Origin: an uncultured Bdellovibrionales bacterium
Lineage (GTDB): Bacteria > Patescibacteriota > Minisyncoccia > Moranbacterales > UBA1568
Reading direction: 5' to 3'
Length of the DNA stretch: 64,000 nucleotides
Assembly: GCA_964597355.1 (NCBI GenBank)
Contig: CAZQWS010000004.1
Coordinates: 8,645 to 72,644, forward strand
The notes under the pieces were generated by a model. It saw only the letters and a list, made by a program, of their open reading frames with translations, made no database searches and was not told where the DNA came from. Position numbers and translations under genes: made by a program. Below are positions 30,124 through 40,056 of the stretch, in pieces; position 1 is the stretch's first letter; every line of letters begins with the position of its first letter.

Positions 30124-31602
30124 ATGGCGCAATACGAAGCAACAATTGGGATGGAAGTACATGCAGAGCTTAAAACAGCTTCGAAGATGTTTTGTAGTTG
30201 CAAAAATGGCTTGGGACTCGAAACGACGCCCAATGTGAATATCTGCCATGTGTGTACCGCCCAACCCGGTGCTCTGCCGGTTCCAAATGCCAAAGCGATC
30301 GAAGCAGTGCAAAAAGTCGGACTGGCTCTCAACTGTGCGCTTCGACTTCACTCCAAATTTGACCGCAAGAATTATTTTTACCCGGATCTTCCCAAGGGCT
30401 ATCAGATCTCGCAGTATGATGAGCCATTCTGTGAGGCAGGGACGATAGAGATTGATGGCAAGCCTTTTCGGATCACACGTATCCATCTCGAGGAAGACAC
30501 GGGAAAGTCGATGCATCCTACCGGGGCAGATTATACCTTGGTGGATTACAACCGAGCGGGTGTGCCCCTCATGGAACTTGTTACTGAGCCAGACTTCTCT
30601 ACCGCCAAAGATGCCCGCGCTTTTTGTCAGAAATTGCGGCAGATTTTGCGCTATCTCGAAGTCTCTGATGCTGATATGGAAAAAGGCCAGATGCGCTGTG
30701 AAGTGAATATTTCGCTGCATAAAGTGGGTGAGGATCGTTTGTCTGGTACCAAGGTGGAAATCAAAAACCTCAACTCCTTCAAATCAGTGGAGCGCTCCAT
30801 CGAGTACGAAATCGTGCGTCAGACCGAAGCGCTCGAAAACGGTGAGACAATTGTCCAGGAAACGCGTGGTTGGGATGAGGCCAGGAACGCCACGGTTTCG
30901 CAGCGGAAAAAAGAATCAGCTCATGATTACCGCTACTTTCCTGAGCCAGATATTCCCCCATTTGAATTTAATCCAGAGCATATCGCCAGGCTCAAGGAAT
31001 CTTTGCCTGAGCTGCCTGATGCCAAAGAGCGACGGTTTATAGCTGAATATGGTTTGCCTGAAGCAGATGCCGTGATCCTCGTGGATGACCAGGAGGTGGC
31101 TGCCTACTTTGAAGCGGTGGTCAGTGAACTGGGGGCAAAAATTGATGGCGGGGAAACCAAGTCAGAGCTCAACCGTATGGTAAAACTCGCAGCTAACTAC
31201 TTCATTACCGAAGTGCGGAAGTTCTTGGTGGATGAAGGAAAAACTATTGAACAGCTTCCTATTAGCGCAGAAAACTATGCTGAATTTATTGCGATCGTAG
31301 CGGATGGTAAGATCAACTCGAGTGCTGCGCAAACCGTTTTGAAAGAGATGCTTCGTGGTGCCGATGGCGATACCGATCCATCCCATATTATCGATCGGCT
31401 CAATTTGGCCCAGATGAGTGATACGGGTGAGCTTGAAACGATCGTCGATGCCATTCTTGCCAACAATACTCAGTCAGTAACAGACTTCAAAGCTGGTAAG
31501 CAAAACGCTTTCCAATACCTTGTCGGCCAAGTGATGTCGGCTACGAAAGGAAAAGCGAACCCGAAAGTTACAGCCGAATTATTGAAAAAGAAATTGTCCT
31601 AG
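30124..31602 (+). CDS. gatB: Asp/Glu-tRNA amidotransferase subunit B
   Basis: IGMEVHAEL, FDRKNYFYPDLPKGYQISQ, HLEEDTGK, DYRYFPEPD, GQVM..TKGKANP. Confidence 0.97.
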   Translation: MAQYEATIGMEVHAELKTASKMFCSCKNGLGLETTPNVNICHVCTAQPGALPVPNAKAIEAVQKVGLALNCALRLHSKFDRKNYFYPDLPKGYQISQYDEPFCEAGTIEIDGKPFRITRIHLEEDTGKSMHPTGADYTLVDYNRAGVPLMELVTEPDFSTAKDARAFCQKLRQILRYLEVSDADMEKGQMRCEVNISLHKVGEDRLSGTKVEIKNLNSFKSVERSIEYEIVRQTEALENGETIVQETRGWDEARNATVSQRKKESAHDYRYFPEPDIPPFEFNPEHIARLKESLPELPDAKERRFIAEYGLPEADAVILVDDQEVAAYFEAVVSELGAKIDGGETKSELNRMVKLAANYFITEVRKFLVDEGKTIEQLPISAENYAEFIAIVADGKINSSAAQTVLKEMLRGADGDTDPSHIIDRLNLAQMSDTGELETIVDAILANNTQSVTDFKAGKQNAFQYLVGQVMSATKGKANPKVTAELLKKKLS

Positions 31603-31630
31603 CTGAAGTACCAGATCCGCCTTTGGCGGA

Positions 31631-31742
31631 AAGGAAACCAAGGGTAAGCCTGCCCGAATCGCTACGACTTCGCTCGCGAATCGTTGCGGGCGGGGCCAAT
31701 CCCCAAATGGTCAGTGAAATCTTGAAGAAAAAGATTGGGTAG
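31631..31742 (+). pseudogene. Relic second copy of the gatB 3' end, interrupted by a 46-bp palindrome
   Basis: KETKGK (31631-31648) + insert (31649-31694) + ANPQMVSEILKKKIG* (31695-31742), versus functional SATKGKANPKVTAELLKKKLS*. Confidence 0.8.
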
Positions 31743-31992
31743 TTGTCTTTTGGTTCTGCTTCAATTACAGTAGGTGTAGGTTTAACCTCAGGAGATAGTG
31801 ATGCTCAAAAGTCCGCTTGAACGTTTGCCAAAGCCTGATCCGGCCGAAGTTTCCCGGTTGGAACAGTGGCTCAAGAGTTTCGAAGCACGCCGACAAGCAG
31901 CTTGGCCGGCTGAACGGGAGCGAATCATAGCTCAGGCAGAGCTCGCTCAAGAGATGCGCAATAAGATTCTCGACTAAGGGTCTTTTGCGAAC

Positions 31993-32030
31993 GAAAAGCG
32001 CTGGTAGGGATTCCCACCAGTGCTCGTTTT
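31993..32030 (-). terminator. Stem-loop after miaA
   Basis: AAAAGCGCTGGTAGG-GATT-CCCACCAGTGCTCGTTTT. Confidence 0.55.
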
Positions 32031-32924
32031 TTATGCTACTAACTTGAGAGCTTCGTCAGTATTCTCCACCCAATGAATAATCGTGCCACGTTTTTCGAGA
32101 CGGCGGAGCGATGAACGCTGGCGTTTGGCGTAGTGAATAATGTCGTAGGGGAGGGTTGTATTTACTTCTTCGAGTGTCAGCTTTCCTTGAAGATGGCGGG
32201 TAAGAGCACGGTATTCAAGGCCAAAACTTTCCAGTCGCTCATAGCTCACTCCAGCACGGTTCAATTTTTTCACTTCTTCAAGCATACCGGCCTTCATCCG
32301 GGCTTTGAAGCGAGTACGAATTTTTTGATTGAGTTCTTCGACGGGCGGATTGAGTCCAATGATAAAAAATCGCTGAATATCAAAGTTTGAAGTAGGGAGC
32401 TCAGGTACTTTACCAAGGGTTTTGGCGATTTCGATAGCGCGAAGGATGCGCATACGATTGTCTTTATCTACTGTTTTGGCCCGTTCTGGATCGAGGCGTT
32501 TGAGGTAGGCCATGAGCTCGTCCTTGCTACGCCAGCCCCATTTGGCGCGGAAAGCTTTGTCGGGAGCCACTCGGGGCAACTCCATCCCAAAGAGGAGAGC
32601 TTCGATCCAAAAGGTGCTCCCACCACAGATAATCACGCGTTTCCCTCTGGATTCGATATCTTGGATGGCTTTTTCAGTATCTTGAAGAAAGTGAGAAATA
32701 TTATATTCAATTTTTGGATTAGCAATATCGAGAAGGTGATGTCGAATACTTTGTTGTTCCTCACGAGTAATTTTACCCGTGCCAATATCCATGCCGCGAT
32801 AGACTTGCCGACTGTCAGCTGAAATCACCTCGCCATTGATTGCTTTGGCGATGGCGATGGCAAGGTCGGACTTTCCTGAAGCGGTTGGTCCTACGATAAC
32901 GACGATGGGTTGTTTGGTAACCAT
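32031..32924 (-). CDS. miaA: tRNA dimethylallyltransferase
   Basis: GPTASGKS, SADSRQVYRGMDIGTGK, HHLLD, YAKRQ. Confidence 0.95.
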   Translation of the reverse strand: MVTKQPIVVIVGPTASGKSDLAIAIAKAINGEVISADSRQVYRGMDIGTGKITREEQQSIRHHLLDIANPKIEYNISHFLQDTEKAIQDIESRGKRVIICGGSTFWIEALLFGMELPRVAPDKAFRAKWGWRSKDELMAYLKRLDPERAKTVDKDNRMRILRAIEIAKTLGKVPELPTSNFDIQRFFIIGLNPPVEELNQKIRTRFKARMKAGMLEEVKKLNRAGVSYERLESFGLEYRALTRHLQGKLTLEEVNTTLPYDIIHYAKRQRSSLRRLEKRGTIIHWVENTDEALKLVA

Positions 32925-32957
32925 AGAGAAGAAGTATAACCTGTTTCTCTAAAAAAA

Positions 32958-35900
32958 TCAATGGTTTACAGCCGCGGACTCGAGGTCTTTGACAATGACT
33001 TCTACGACCCCGGGGAGGGACTGGAGCTTAGTGCAAGTCTCGTTGTCTAAGGCAACAATAAAAGAGGTACGAATCGTTGATCCAAGAATTTTGACAGCAA
33101 TGAGTGTATCGCCTTCGGGGAGGGTCCGCAAAACTTTTGAGAGCTCATTGATAACTGTGGCTTCAGCATTCTTGTCAAAACTGATAAGAGCCTTTTTAGT
33201 CGCTGTTCGAGGTTCCGATTTCTCTTTCGTATATTTGGCATGAGTGGCGGCGATGCGAGTATGCGTCGAGAGAGTTCGCTTGTTTACTCGACGGACATCT
33301 TCGGCAGCCAGACGGAGGGCTCCATCGCGGCGGTTTACTTTGAGGTCGATTTCGACCACTTCATCTTCTACCAACAATCCTTCCACTCGTTCTACTGTTT
33401 TCCCAAAGACGAGTAGTTCTACTCGGCTGGAGAGGTCTTCGATGTCAATAAAGTAAAGTGGCTGGCCACTTTTCGAAAGTGACTTCCGCACTGTCGTGAT
33501 AATACCACCGATGGTTATCGGCTTGCCATCCGGTTCTTTCTCGATGTCGTGAATGGGCGTGGCGATTTTTTGAAAATATGGTTCGTATTCTTTGATGGGG
33601 TGGCCGCTGACATAGAGCCCAAGAAGCTCTTTTTCCCAACTCAAGCGTTCCCGTTCGGTGGCGGGAGGAACGGATTTCAAACGTATCTTGGTTTCAGGAA
33701 GGGGAAGGGTGCCAAAGAGGCTTCCGGCATGATTTTCTTTGAGATTGCGCGCGTCTTTGCCATAGTGAAGGATAATATCAAGACTTTCGAGAATAGTCTT
33801 GGTCTCACCAAAACGGGCGAGCGCTCCTACTTTGGCCAATGCATCAATACTTCGTTTATTGAGATCCTTGGTTTGAACACGTTCCATGAAGTTTTCGAGC
33901 GAGGTATACTTGCCATTGCGTTTCCGTTCAGCTACGATCTCTGCTGCCGCGATGTCACCGACATTCTTAATCGCTGAGAGCCCGAAGCGGATGCGTTCTG
34001 TGCCATCTTTACCGACGATAACGGCAAAGTCTTGGAAGCTTTCGTTGACATCAGGCGGGAGGACTTCAAGTCCAATCTCTCTCGCTTCACGCACTTCGAT
34101 CGCTACTCGGTCGATGTCGGCCTGATCGCCAGTGAGGAGAGCCGCCATAAATTCTGCTGGGTAGTGAGCTTTGAGGTAGGCAGTCTGATATCCAATGAGG
34201 GCGTAACAAGCAGCATGGGAACGGTTAAATCCATAGCCGGCGAATGGTTCGATGAAGGCGAATACCTTTTCACCGACCGCTTTCCCGACGCCGGTTTTGA
34301 CACAGCCCCCGATAAACTTTTCTCGCTGTTCAGCAACCAGTTCCTTGATTTTCTTTCCGACCGCTTTACGCAAAACGTCAGCTTCACCTAGGGTAAAGCC
34401 GGCCAGGTCACGCGCGATCTGCATCAGCTGTTCCTGGTACACAGCTACCCCGTAGGTGTTCTTGAGGATCGGTTCGAGTTTTGGATGGAGATATCCGACT
34501 TTTTTCTCGTCATGTTTTCCCAAGATGAAATCAGGAATGTACTCCATCGGCCCCGGTCGGTAGAGGGCCACCATAGCGATGATGTCTTCGAATACCGACG
34601 GTTTGAGTTGTTTCAGATACCGTTTCATACCGGTGGATTCCAACTGGAATACTCCGGTAGTATGAGCTTCTTGAAGCACTTTATACGCAGCTTCATCATC
34701 GAGCTCGAGCTTTTCGATGTCAGGTACTTCTTTCCCGAGTTTTCGGGCAATTTTGAGGGTGTTTTCAATCACGGTTAAGTTGCGAAGACCGAGGAAGTCC
34801 ATTTTGAGGAGACCAATTTTTTCGACGGCATTGGCTTTGGTACTCGCAGCGTACTGTGTTACGACAGCATCTTCACCCCCAGCCACGCGCTGGAGGGGAG
34901 TATATTCCGTCACGGGGTCTTTGGTGATGACGACACCACAGGCATGCATCGATGCATGACGAGCCAAGCCTTCAATTTTCTTGGCAGCATCGACGAGGCG
35001 TTTTACTTCCGCAGAACTTTGGTAGTGAGCCTGGAATTCCGGCACGCCTTCGAGTGCTTCCTCGATCGAGGTAAACATCGGGATCATCTTGGCCGTTTTG
35101 TCGCAGAGTTCGAGTGGGACACCAAGAGCGCGACCGACATCGCGGATAGACCCACGCGCTGCCATGGTTCCAAAGGTAATGATTTGGGCTACGTGATCTG
35201 CACCATATTTGCTACGGACATAATTGAGTACGTCTTCACGGCGCACATCGGCGAAGTCCATATCGACGTCGGGCATGCTGATACGCTCGGGATTGAGGAA
35301 GCGCTCGAAGAGGAGATCATATTTGATCGGGTCGAGGTTAGTGATGCCGGTGAGATACGCGACAAAGGAACCGGCAGCACTTCCACGACCTGGGCCTACC
35401 ACTACGCCATTATTCTTAGCCCAGTTCACGAAATCTTGGACGATAAGGAAGTACGAAGCAAAGCCAGTCTTCTCGATCACCGAGAGTTCATAATCAAGTC
35501 GTTCTTTGCGTTCAGGCGTTACTTTCTCTTTGGGGTAGCGTTTTTTATACCCCTCGAGACAGAGTTCGTACAGGTATTCATCAGCGGTTTTCCCATCGGG
35601 CAACGGAAACGAAGGTAACTGATTCTCGCCCATCTTGATGGTGAGGTTGCAAGCGGCGGCAATCTTTTCGGTATTATCGATCGCTTCGGGGATATCTTTG
35701 AAGAGCTCTCGCATTTCAGCTTCACTCCGAAAAGAGAGATTAAACTGCTTCATGGTGAAACGTTCGGTGTCAGTGACCTTCTTGTTGTCACGGATAGCGA
35801 GGAGCACGTCTTGAGTCTCGGCATCTTCTGGATGAATATAGTGGACATCATTGGTTGCGACCAGCGGAATCCCGGTTTCGCGGGAGAGTTGGACAAGTCC

Positions 35901-36461
35901 TTGGTTGGCAACGAGTTGGTTCTCGTAGTCGAGATGTGGCTGGATTTCCAAATAAAAATTCTCTTTACCAAAAATTTCCTGATACTCGAGAGCGATTTGC
36001 TTGGCCCGCTCATAGTTGCCATAGAGGATTTCGGCTGGTACTTCACCTTGGAGCGAACCTGAGAGAGCGATCAGACCCTCGCTATGTTCCCGGAGCAGAT
36101 TTTTGTCAGTGCGGGCTTTGTAGTAGAAGCCATCAAGCTGGGCGATAGAAATGATTTTGAGAAGGTTTTTATAACCGATTTCATTTTTCACCAAGAGCAC
36201 GATTTGGTTGCGCCGCCGGTCTTCAGCGGTGTTGTTTTTGCTCCGGAGGTTTTTGGCGACCCACATCTCAGTCCCGAGAATCGGTTTGATGCCTTTTTTC
36301 TCGGCAGCGACATAAAACTCGATCGCCGCATACAGGGCCGACGTGTCGGTAATCGCGAGGCTCGTCATCCCGAATTCTTGGGCGCGTTCAAGCAAGGCGT
36401 CGGGCGTGGGGAGAGCCGTGAGGAGGGAATAGTGCGAATGGACGTGGAGATGGGTAAACAT
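32958..36461 (-). CDS. dnaE: DNA polymerase III alpha subunit
   Basis: HLHVHSHYSLL (PHP), GPGRGSAAGS, MPDVDMDF, KMDFLGL, YGFNRSHA. Confidence 0.97.
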   Translation of the reverse strand: MFTHLHVHSHYSLLTALPTPDALLERAQEFGMTSLAITDTSALYAAIEFYVAAEKKGIKPILGTEMWVAKNLRSKNNTAEDRRRNQIVLLVKNEIGYKNLLKIISIAQLDGFYYKARTDKNLLREHSEGLIALSGSLQGEVPAEILYGNYERAKQIALEYQEIFGKENFYLEIQPHLDYENQLVANQGLVQLSRETGIPLVATNDVHYIHPEDAETQDVLLAIRDNKKVTDTERFTMKQFNLSFRSEAEMRELFKDIPEAIDNTEKIAAACNLTIKMGENQLPSFPLPDGKTADEYLYELCLEGYKKRYPKEKVTPERKERLDYELSVIEKTGFASYFLIVQDFVNWAKNNGVVVGPGRGSAAGSFVAYLTGITNLDPIKYDLLFERFLNPERISMPDVDMDFADVRREDVLNYVRSKYGADHVAQIITFGTMAARGSIRDVGRALGVPLELCDKTAKMIPMFTSIEEALEGVPEFQAHYQSSAEVKRLVDAAKKIEGLARHASMHACGVVITKDPVTEYTPLQRVAGGEDAVVTQYAASTKANAVEKIGLLKMDFLGLRNLTVIENTLKIARKLGKEVPDIEKLELDDEAAYKVLQEAHTTGVFQLESTGMKRYLKQLKPSVFEDIIAMVALYRPGPMEYIPDFILGKHDEKKVGYLHPKLEPILKNTYGVAVYQEQLMQIARDLAGFTLGEADVLRKAVGKKIKELVAEQREKFIGGCVKTGVGKAVGEKVFAFIEPFAGYGFNRSHAACYALIGYQTAYLKAHYPAEFMAALLTGDQADIDRVAIEVREAREIGLEVLPPDVNESFQDFAVIVGKDGTERIRFGLSAIKNVGDIAAAEIVAERKRNGKYTSLENFMERVQTKDLNKRSIDALAKVGALARFGETKTILESLDIILHYGKDARNLKENHAGSLFGTLPLPETKIRLKSVPPATERERLSWEKELLGLYVSGHPIKEYEPYFQKIATPIHDIEKEPDGKPITIGGIITTVRKSLSKSGQPLYFIDIEDLSSRVELLVFGKTVERVEGLLVEDEVVEIDLKVNRRDGALRLAAEDVRRVNKRTLSTHTRIAATHAKYTKEKSEPRTATKKALISFDKNAEATVINELSKVLRTLPEGDTLIAVKILGSTIRTSFIVALDNETCTKLQSLPGVVEVIVKDLESAAVNH

Positions 36462-36849
36462 AGTATGGAGTATTGGGTATAGCGTATTATGTATTTTGCA
36501 TACTCGATACGAGATACTAGATACGCAATACTTTCAAAATAAAAACACCAATCAAAATGAAGGGTGTAGTGATGAAAATACGGCAAATGTGGGCATACTT
36601 TGAATTCTCTCATTATCCGGCTTACGCCTCGGACTTTGCAGAGAAATTACTGTGTCTACCAGTATAAAGCTATTTCAGGAAATTACCAAACTTCGAAGAA
36701 GTTGATAACCCTAGGTTGATGGTATTTCTTTCTGGTTATGCAATACTACAGTAGTATTTGTAAGATAAAGTGTTTTGTGGAACAACCAATTCTGACAGAA
36801 AAAATATGCCCCCGCTGCAAGTTGCATTGGGGGCAGGTGGGTTGGTAGT

Positions 36850-37131
36850 TTAGGTGCTGGCCTTTGCAGCTGCTTCGAGTTCGTTAGCTCGAGCTTCGAG
36901 GGCTTGAGCGTAGTTCTTCCAGAAAGCAGCATTGATGCAGATAGGTTGGCCATCCCATGTCCCGGATCTATCGCGGAAGCGTTCTCTGAATCTATCCCAG
37001 ATAATTTGATCGACACCTTGTTTGGTCAAGGGTTGAATGAGTTCGTCATTCGGTTCCAATACTTGGATGCGGCTTGCTGCCTCATGAGCCCATCTCATCC
37101 CAGCTTCGAGATCATCTTCGCAACTTGACAT
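36850..37131 (-). CDS. Hypothetical protein
   Basis: 93-aa ORF with an AGGAG SD and an upstream TTGACA on the minus strand. Confidence 0.55.
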   Translation of the reverse strand: MSSCEDDLEAGMRWAHEAASRIQVLEPNDELIQPLTKQGVDQIIWDRFRERFRDRSGTWDGQPICINAAFWKNYAQALEARANELEAAAKAST

Positions 37132-37246
37132 GGCTATCTCCTGGCTGAACTCGACAAGAGGTGTCTTATCGATTGGCTGAAAACTCTCATAAATTACTCA
37201 TCCTGTCAATCAGTCGTACTGATAGGCAGGGGTACAATGTGTATAT

Positions 37247-37960
37247 ATGCAAATTCCAACTTTTGAGCGGGAGGAAAATTTAGTCAGGGAGGGGATGTTT
37301 CCGATTGGGGTGGATGAGGCGGGGAGAGGACCGTTGGCGGGTCCAGTGGTCGCTTGCGCGACACTGTACCGGAATTTCAAATTTCAAAATCCAAATTTCA
37401 AAGCTGAGGAGGAAGATAAGCGGTGGAAATTGGTGCGGGATTCCAAGAAATTATCACCCAAGCAAAGAGAAGAAGCTTTCAACTTTGTGCAAGAACAGTT
37501 TCACGTCGGGATTGGTATTATCGGGCCGGAAACGATTGATCGAGTGAATATTTTACAGGCAACCTTTCTCGCGATGAAAGCCGCTTTGAGTGATCTTGAG
37601 AAACAATTATCGGTGGAAGAAAGACAAAAAATCGTGATGCTTATCGATGGTAACCAAATCATTCCTAATCTCTCTAGTGAGCAAGAAGCTATCGTGAATG
37701 GTGATGGATTGGTGCGTTCTATCGCTGCCGCGTCGATCATTGCCAAAGTAACGCGGGATCACATGATCATGGAGGCCGAAGAGCTTTATCCAGGGTATGG
37801 CTTTGCCGAGCACAAAGGCTATGGCACTGCTCAGCATATGGCCGCCCTCCGGAAATTTGGTCCCAGCCCCATCCACCGGATGAGCTTTCGCCCAGTCCAA
37901 CTTGCCATCCCTGAGAACGTCAACAAACGCTTTGCGAACGTTTTAAAGCCAAAGAAGTAG
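37247..37960 (+). CDS. rnhB: Ribonuclease HII
   Basis: GVDEAGRGPLAGPV, DSKKL, IDGN, SIAAASIIAKVTRD, HKGYGT. Confidence 0.96.
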   Translation: MQIPTFEREENLVREGMFPIGVDEAGRGPLAGPVVACATLYRNFKFQNPNFKAEEEDKRWKLVRDSKKLSPKQREEAFNFVQEQFHVGIGIIGPETIDRVNILQATFLAMKAALSDLEKQLSVEERQKIVMLIDGNQIIPNLSSEQEAIVNGDGLVRSIAAASIIAKVTRDHMIMEAEELYPGYGFAEHKGYGTAQHMAALRKFGPSPIHRMSFRPVQLAIPENVNKRFANVLKPKK

Positions 37961-38011
37961 GCAAAAAGAAAACAGCCATTGGTAGCGGGCTGCACGCTTG
38001 GAACTGGTTGT

Positions 38012-38233
38012 TTAGACATGCCGAACCGGACGGAGTCGGCGTAATTCGCTCCAGGTCTCCGTTACGAGTCCCTTCTTGCATTCGGAGTTTGGTAAGAGCT
38101 CGAGCATGTGATTGTTGCTCTCAAGCAAGAGCTTGAGAGCCCGACGGGTGTCTCGCTGGTTTTTCCAGGAGAAGTAGGCTGTAGTGGCAGCGATGGCCAA
38201 AGCCAGAATAGAAATGATTTCGAAGAACGACAT
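38012..38233 (-). CDS. Hypothetical small membrane protein
   Basis: N-terminal TM helix, GAGG SD. Confidence 0.5.
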   Translation of the reverse strand: MSFFEIISILALAIAATTAYFSWKNQRDTRRALKLLLESNNHMLELLPNSECKKGLVTETWSELRRLRPVRHV

Positions 38234-38417
38234 GCTGACCTCTAGAGTGAACGTTGGAAATTTTTCAACTTAATGGAATAGCATTTTATACTTATAAAGT
38301 CAATAGTATAAAGAAGGTCTTTTTTTGGAAAGAAATATGTTGACTTGCCAAGAATTGGCCTATCTGATAGAGTGTTGAAGCCTTTTGAACAGGCTTTTTT
38401 GATACTGAATTTCTTCT

Positions 38418-38621
38418 ATGGCACTCCCCAAACAACGGCATACCCATCATCGTCGCGACCGAGCGCGCAAGTTTCATGCCCTCAAGCCAATTGAGACTGT
38501 GACTTGTCCCAAGTGCAGCTCTCCAGTGACTCCTCACCGAGCCTGCAGCGTCTGTGGTGAGTACCGAGGCAAGACTATCCTCTCAGTTGCCCCCAAGATG
38601 AAAGAAAGCAAGACCGCCTAA
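38418..38621 (+). CDS. rpmF: 50S ribosomal protein L32
   Basis: MALPKQR, CPKC..PHRACSVCGEYRG. Confidence 0.95.
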   Translation: MALPKQRHTHHRRDRARKFHALKPIETVTCPKCSSPVTPHRACSVCGEYRGKTILSVAPKMKESKTA

Positions 38622-38709
38622 GCGGTCTTCTTTGTATCTCGAGTTGTACATTGCGGAGGCGGTGGTATACTAAAACCAATAATCAAATCAACAGAAGTTT
38701 TTTACCACT

Positions 38710-39261
38710 ATGGCCAATCGGCATTTGCAGCGCTCGGTCGTCATGCAGTCTCTCTTCGAATGGGACTTTCAGGGAAAGCACGACGAAAACGCGCTCGCCA
38801 TTCTGCGCAAAAATTTGGAGGAATTTGCTCCGGGGCTCGAAGACGCCACGTTTGCCAGAACTCTCCTAGAGGGGGTTTTGAAGCATCGCAAAACGATCGA
38901 TGAACTCATCGAAAAGTGTGCGCCAGAGTGGCCGCTTGAGCAGGTAACGGTGGTGGATAGGAATATTCTCCGTCTTGGGATCGCTGAGCTCATGTTTGGG
39001 AATTACGACGAAGTCCCACCTAAAGTCGCCATCAACGAAGCCATCGAACTTGGGAAAAGCTTTGGGTCGGATTCGACTGCACGGTTTGTCAATGGTGTCC
39101 TGGGGACGATCTATCGTGAGATGGGAGAGCCGATGAAAGATGACTCGAGTGAAAAACACAAGAAGGAACATCCGGTGGAGATGAAGAATGTCAAAGAAAC
39201 CAAAGAGTCCAAGGAACCAAAGAAGAAAAAAGCCAGCAATAAAGCTAAGGCTGACAAGTAA
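38710..39261 (+). CDS. nusB: Transcription antitermination factor NusB
   Basis: [30 protein letters not shown]. Confidence 0.95.
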   Translation: MANRHLQRSVVMQSLFEWDFQGKHDENALAILRKNLEEFAPGLEDATFARTLLEGVLKHRKTIDELIEKCAPEWPLEQVTVVDRNILRLGIAELMFGNYDEVPPKVAINEAIELGKSFGSDSTARFVNGVLGTIYREMGEPMKDDSSEKHKKEHPVEMKNVKETKESKEPKKKKASNKAKADK

Positions 39262-39271
39262 TGAATGCTGT

Positions 39272-39970
39272 ATGACAGAAATGTTTTCGAGCGAAGCACT
39301 GAGTAAAGCTCTGGGGGTAAAGATCAAAAATGCAGCTCTTTTCCAAGAAGCGATGACGCATCGCTCCTATTTGAACGAGCACAAACGTTATCCGTATCCC
39401 CACAATGAACGCCTAGAATTCTTGGGAGACGCCGTACTCGAGCTCGTGGTGACCGAGAGTCTGTACACGACTTTTCCCGACAAACCAGAAGGTGAGTTGA
39501 CCGCGCTTCGAGCGGCGCTCGTCAATAGTGATATGCTCTCTTCGATTGGAGAAAGTTTGGGGATTGAGCAGTTTCTCCTCATGAGCCGCGGTGAAGCCAA
39601 AGATAAAGGTCGGGCGCGTACCTACCTCGTGGCCAATGCTGTCGAGGCCGTGATCGGCGCCCTCTATCTCGATCAGGGATATGAATCAGCCAAAGATTTT
39701 ATTATCTCTCGTGTCCTGTCACGTCTCGCTGACGTACTCGAAGGCAAGCTCTACTCTGATCCCAAAAGCCGTTTTCAAGAGTTAGCTCAAGAAAAACTCA
39801 GCATTACCCCATCGTACCAAGTGATGAAAGAATGGGGGCCGGATCACGATCGCCGTTTTGTGGCAGGAGTATTCCTCGGTGGTGAACTCGTAGCCGAAGG
39901 TGAAGGCTTGTCCAAACAAGAAGCGCAGCGTGAAGCGGCCAAGAATGGCCTCGCAAAGAAAGGTTGGTGA
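39272..39970 (+). CDS. rnc: Ribonuclease III
   Basis: THRSY, NERLEFLGDAVLEL, dsRBD DPKSRFQE; start ATG39272. Confidence 0.96.
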   Translation: MTEMFSSEALSKALGVKIKNAALFQEAMTHRSYLNEHKRYPYPHNERLEFLGDAVLELVVTESLYTTFPDKPEGELTALRAALVNSDMLSSIGESLGIEQFLLMSRGEAKDKGRARTYLVANAVEAVIGALYLDQGYESAKDFIISRVLSRLADVLEGKLYSDPKSRFQELAQEKLSITPSYQVMKEWGPDHDRRFVAGVFLGGELVAEGEGLSKQEAQREAAKNGLAKKGW

Positions 39971-40056
39971 ATAAGACGATAGACTTATTCACCCTGAGTT
40001 TATCGAAGGGTAGGAAAGTTTTTGCATTTTAAAATTTACATTTTTGAATTTGTAAC

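Noticed and set aside
31765-31950. 61-aa minus-strand ORF between gatB and miaA
   Set aside because: No clear start or SD and no motif. It may be a degraded fragment, but I cannot support a call.
32958-36461. Intein or intron in dnaE (also checked ligA, clpC, dnaX)
   Set aside because: Lengths are normal and I saw no splice-junction or homing-endonuclease motifs.
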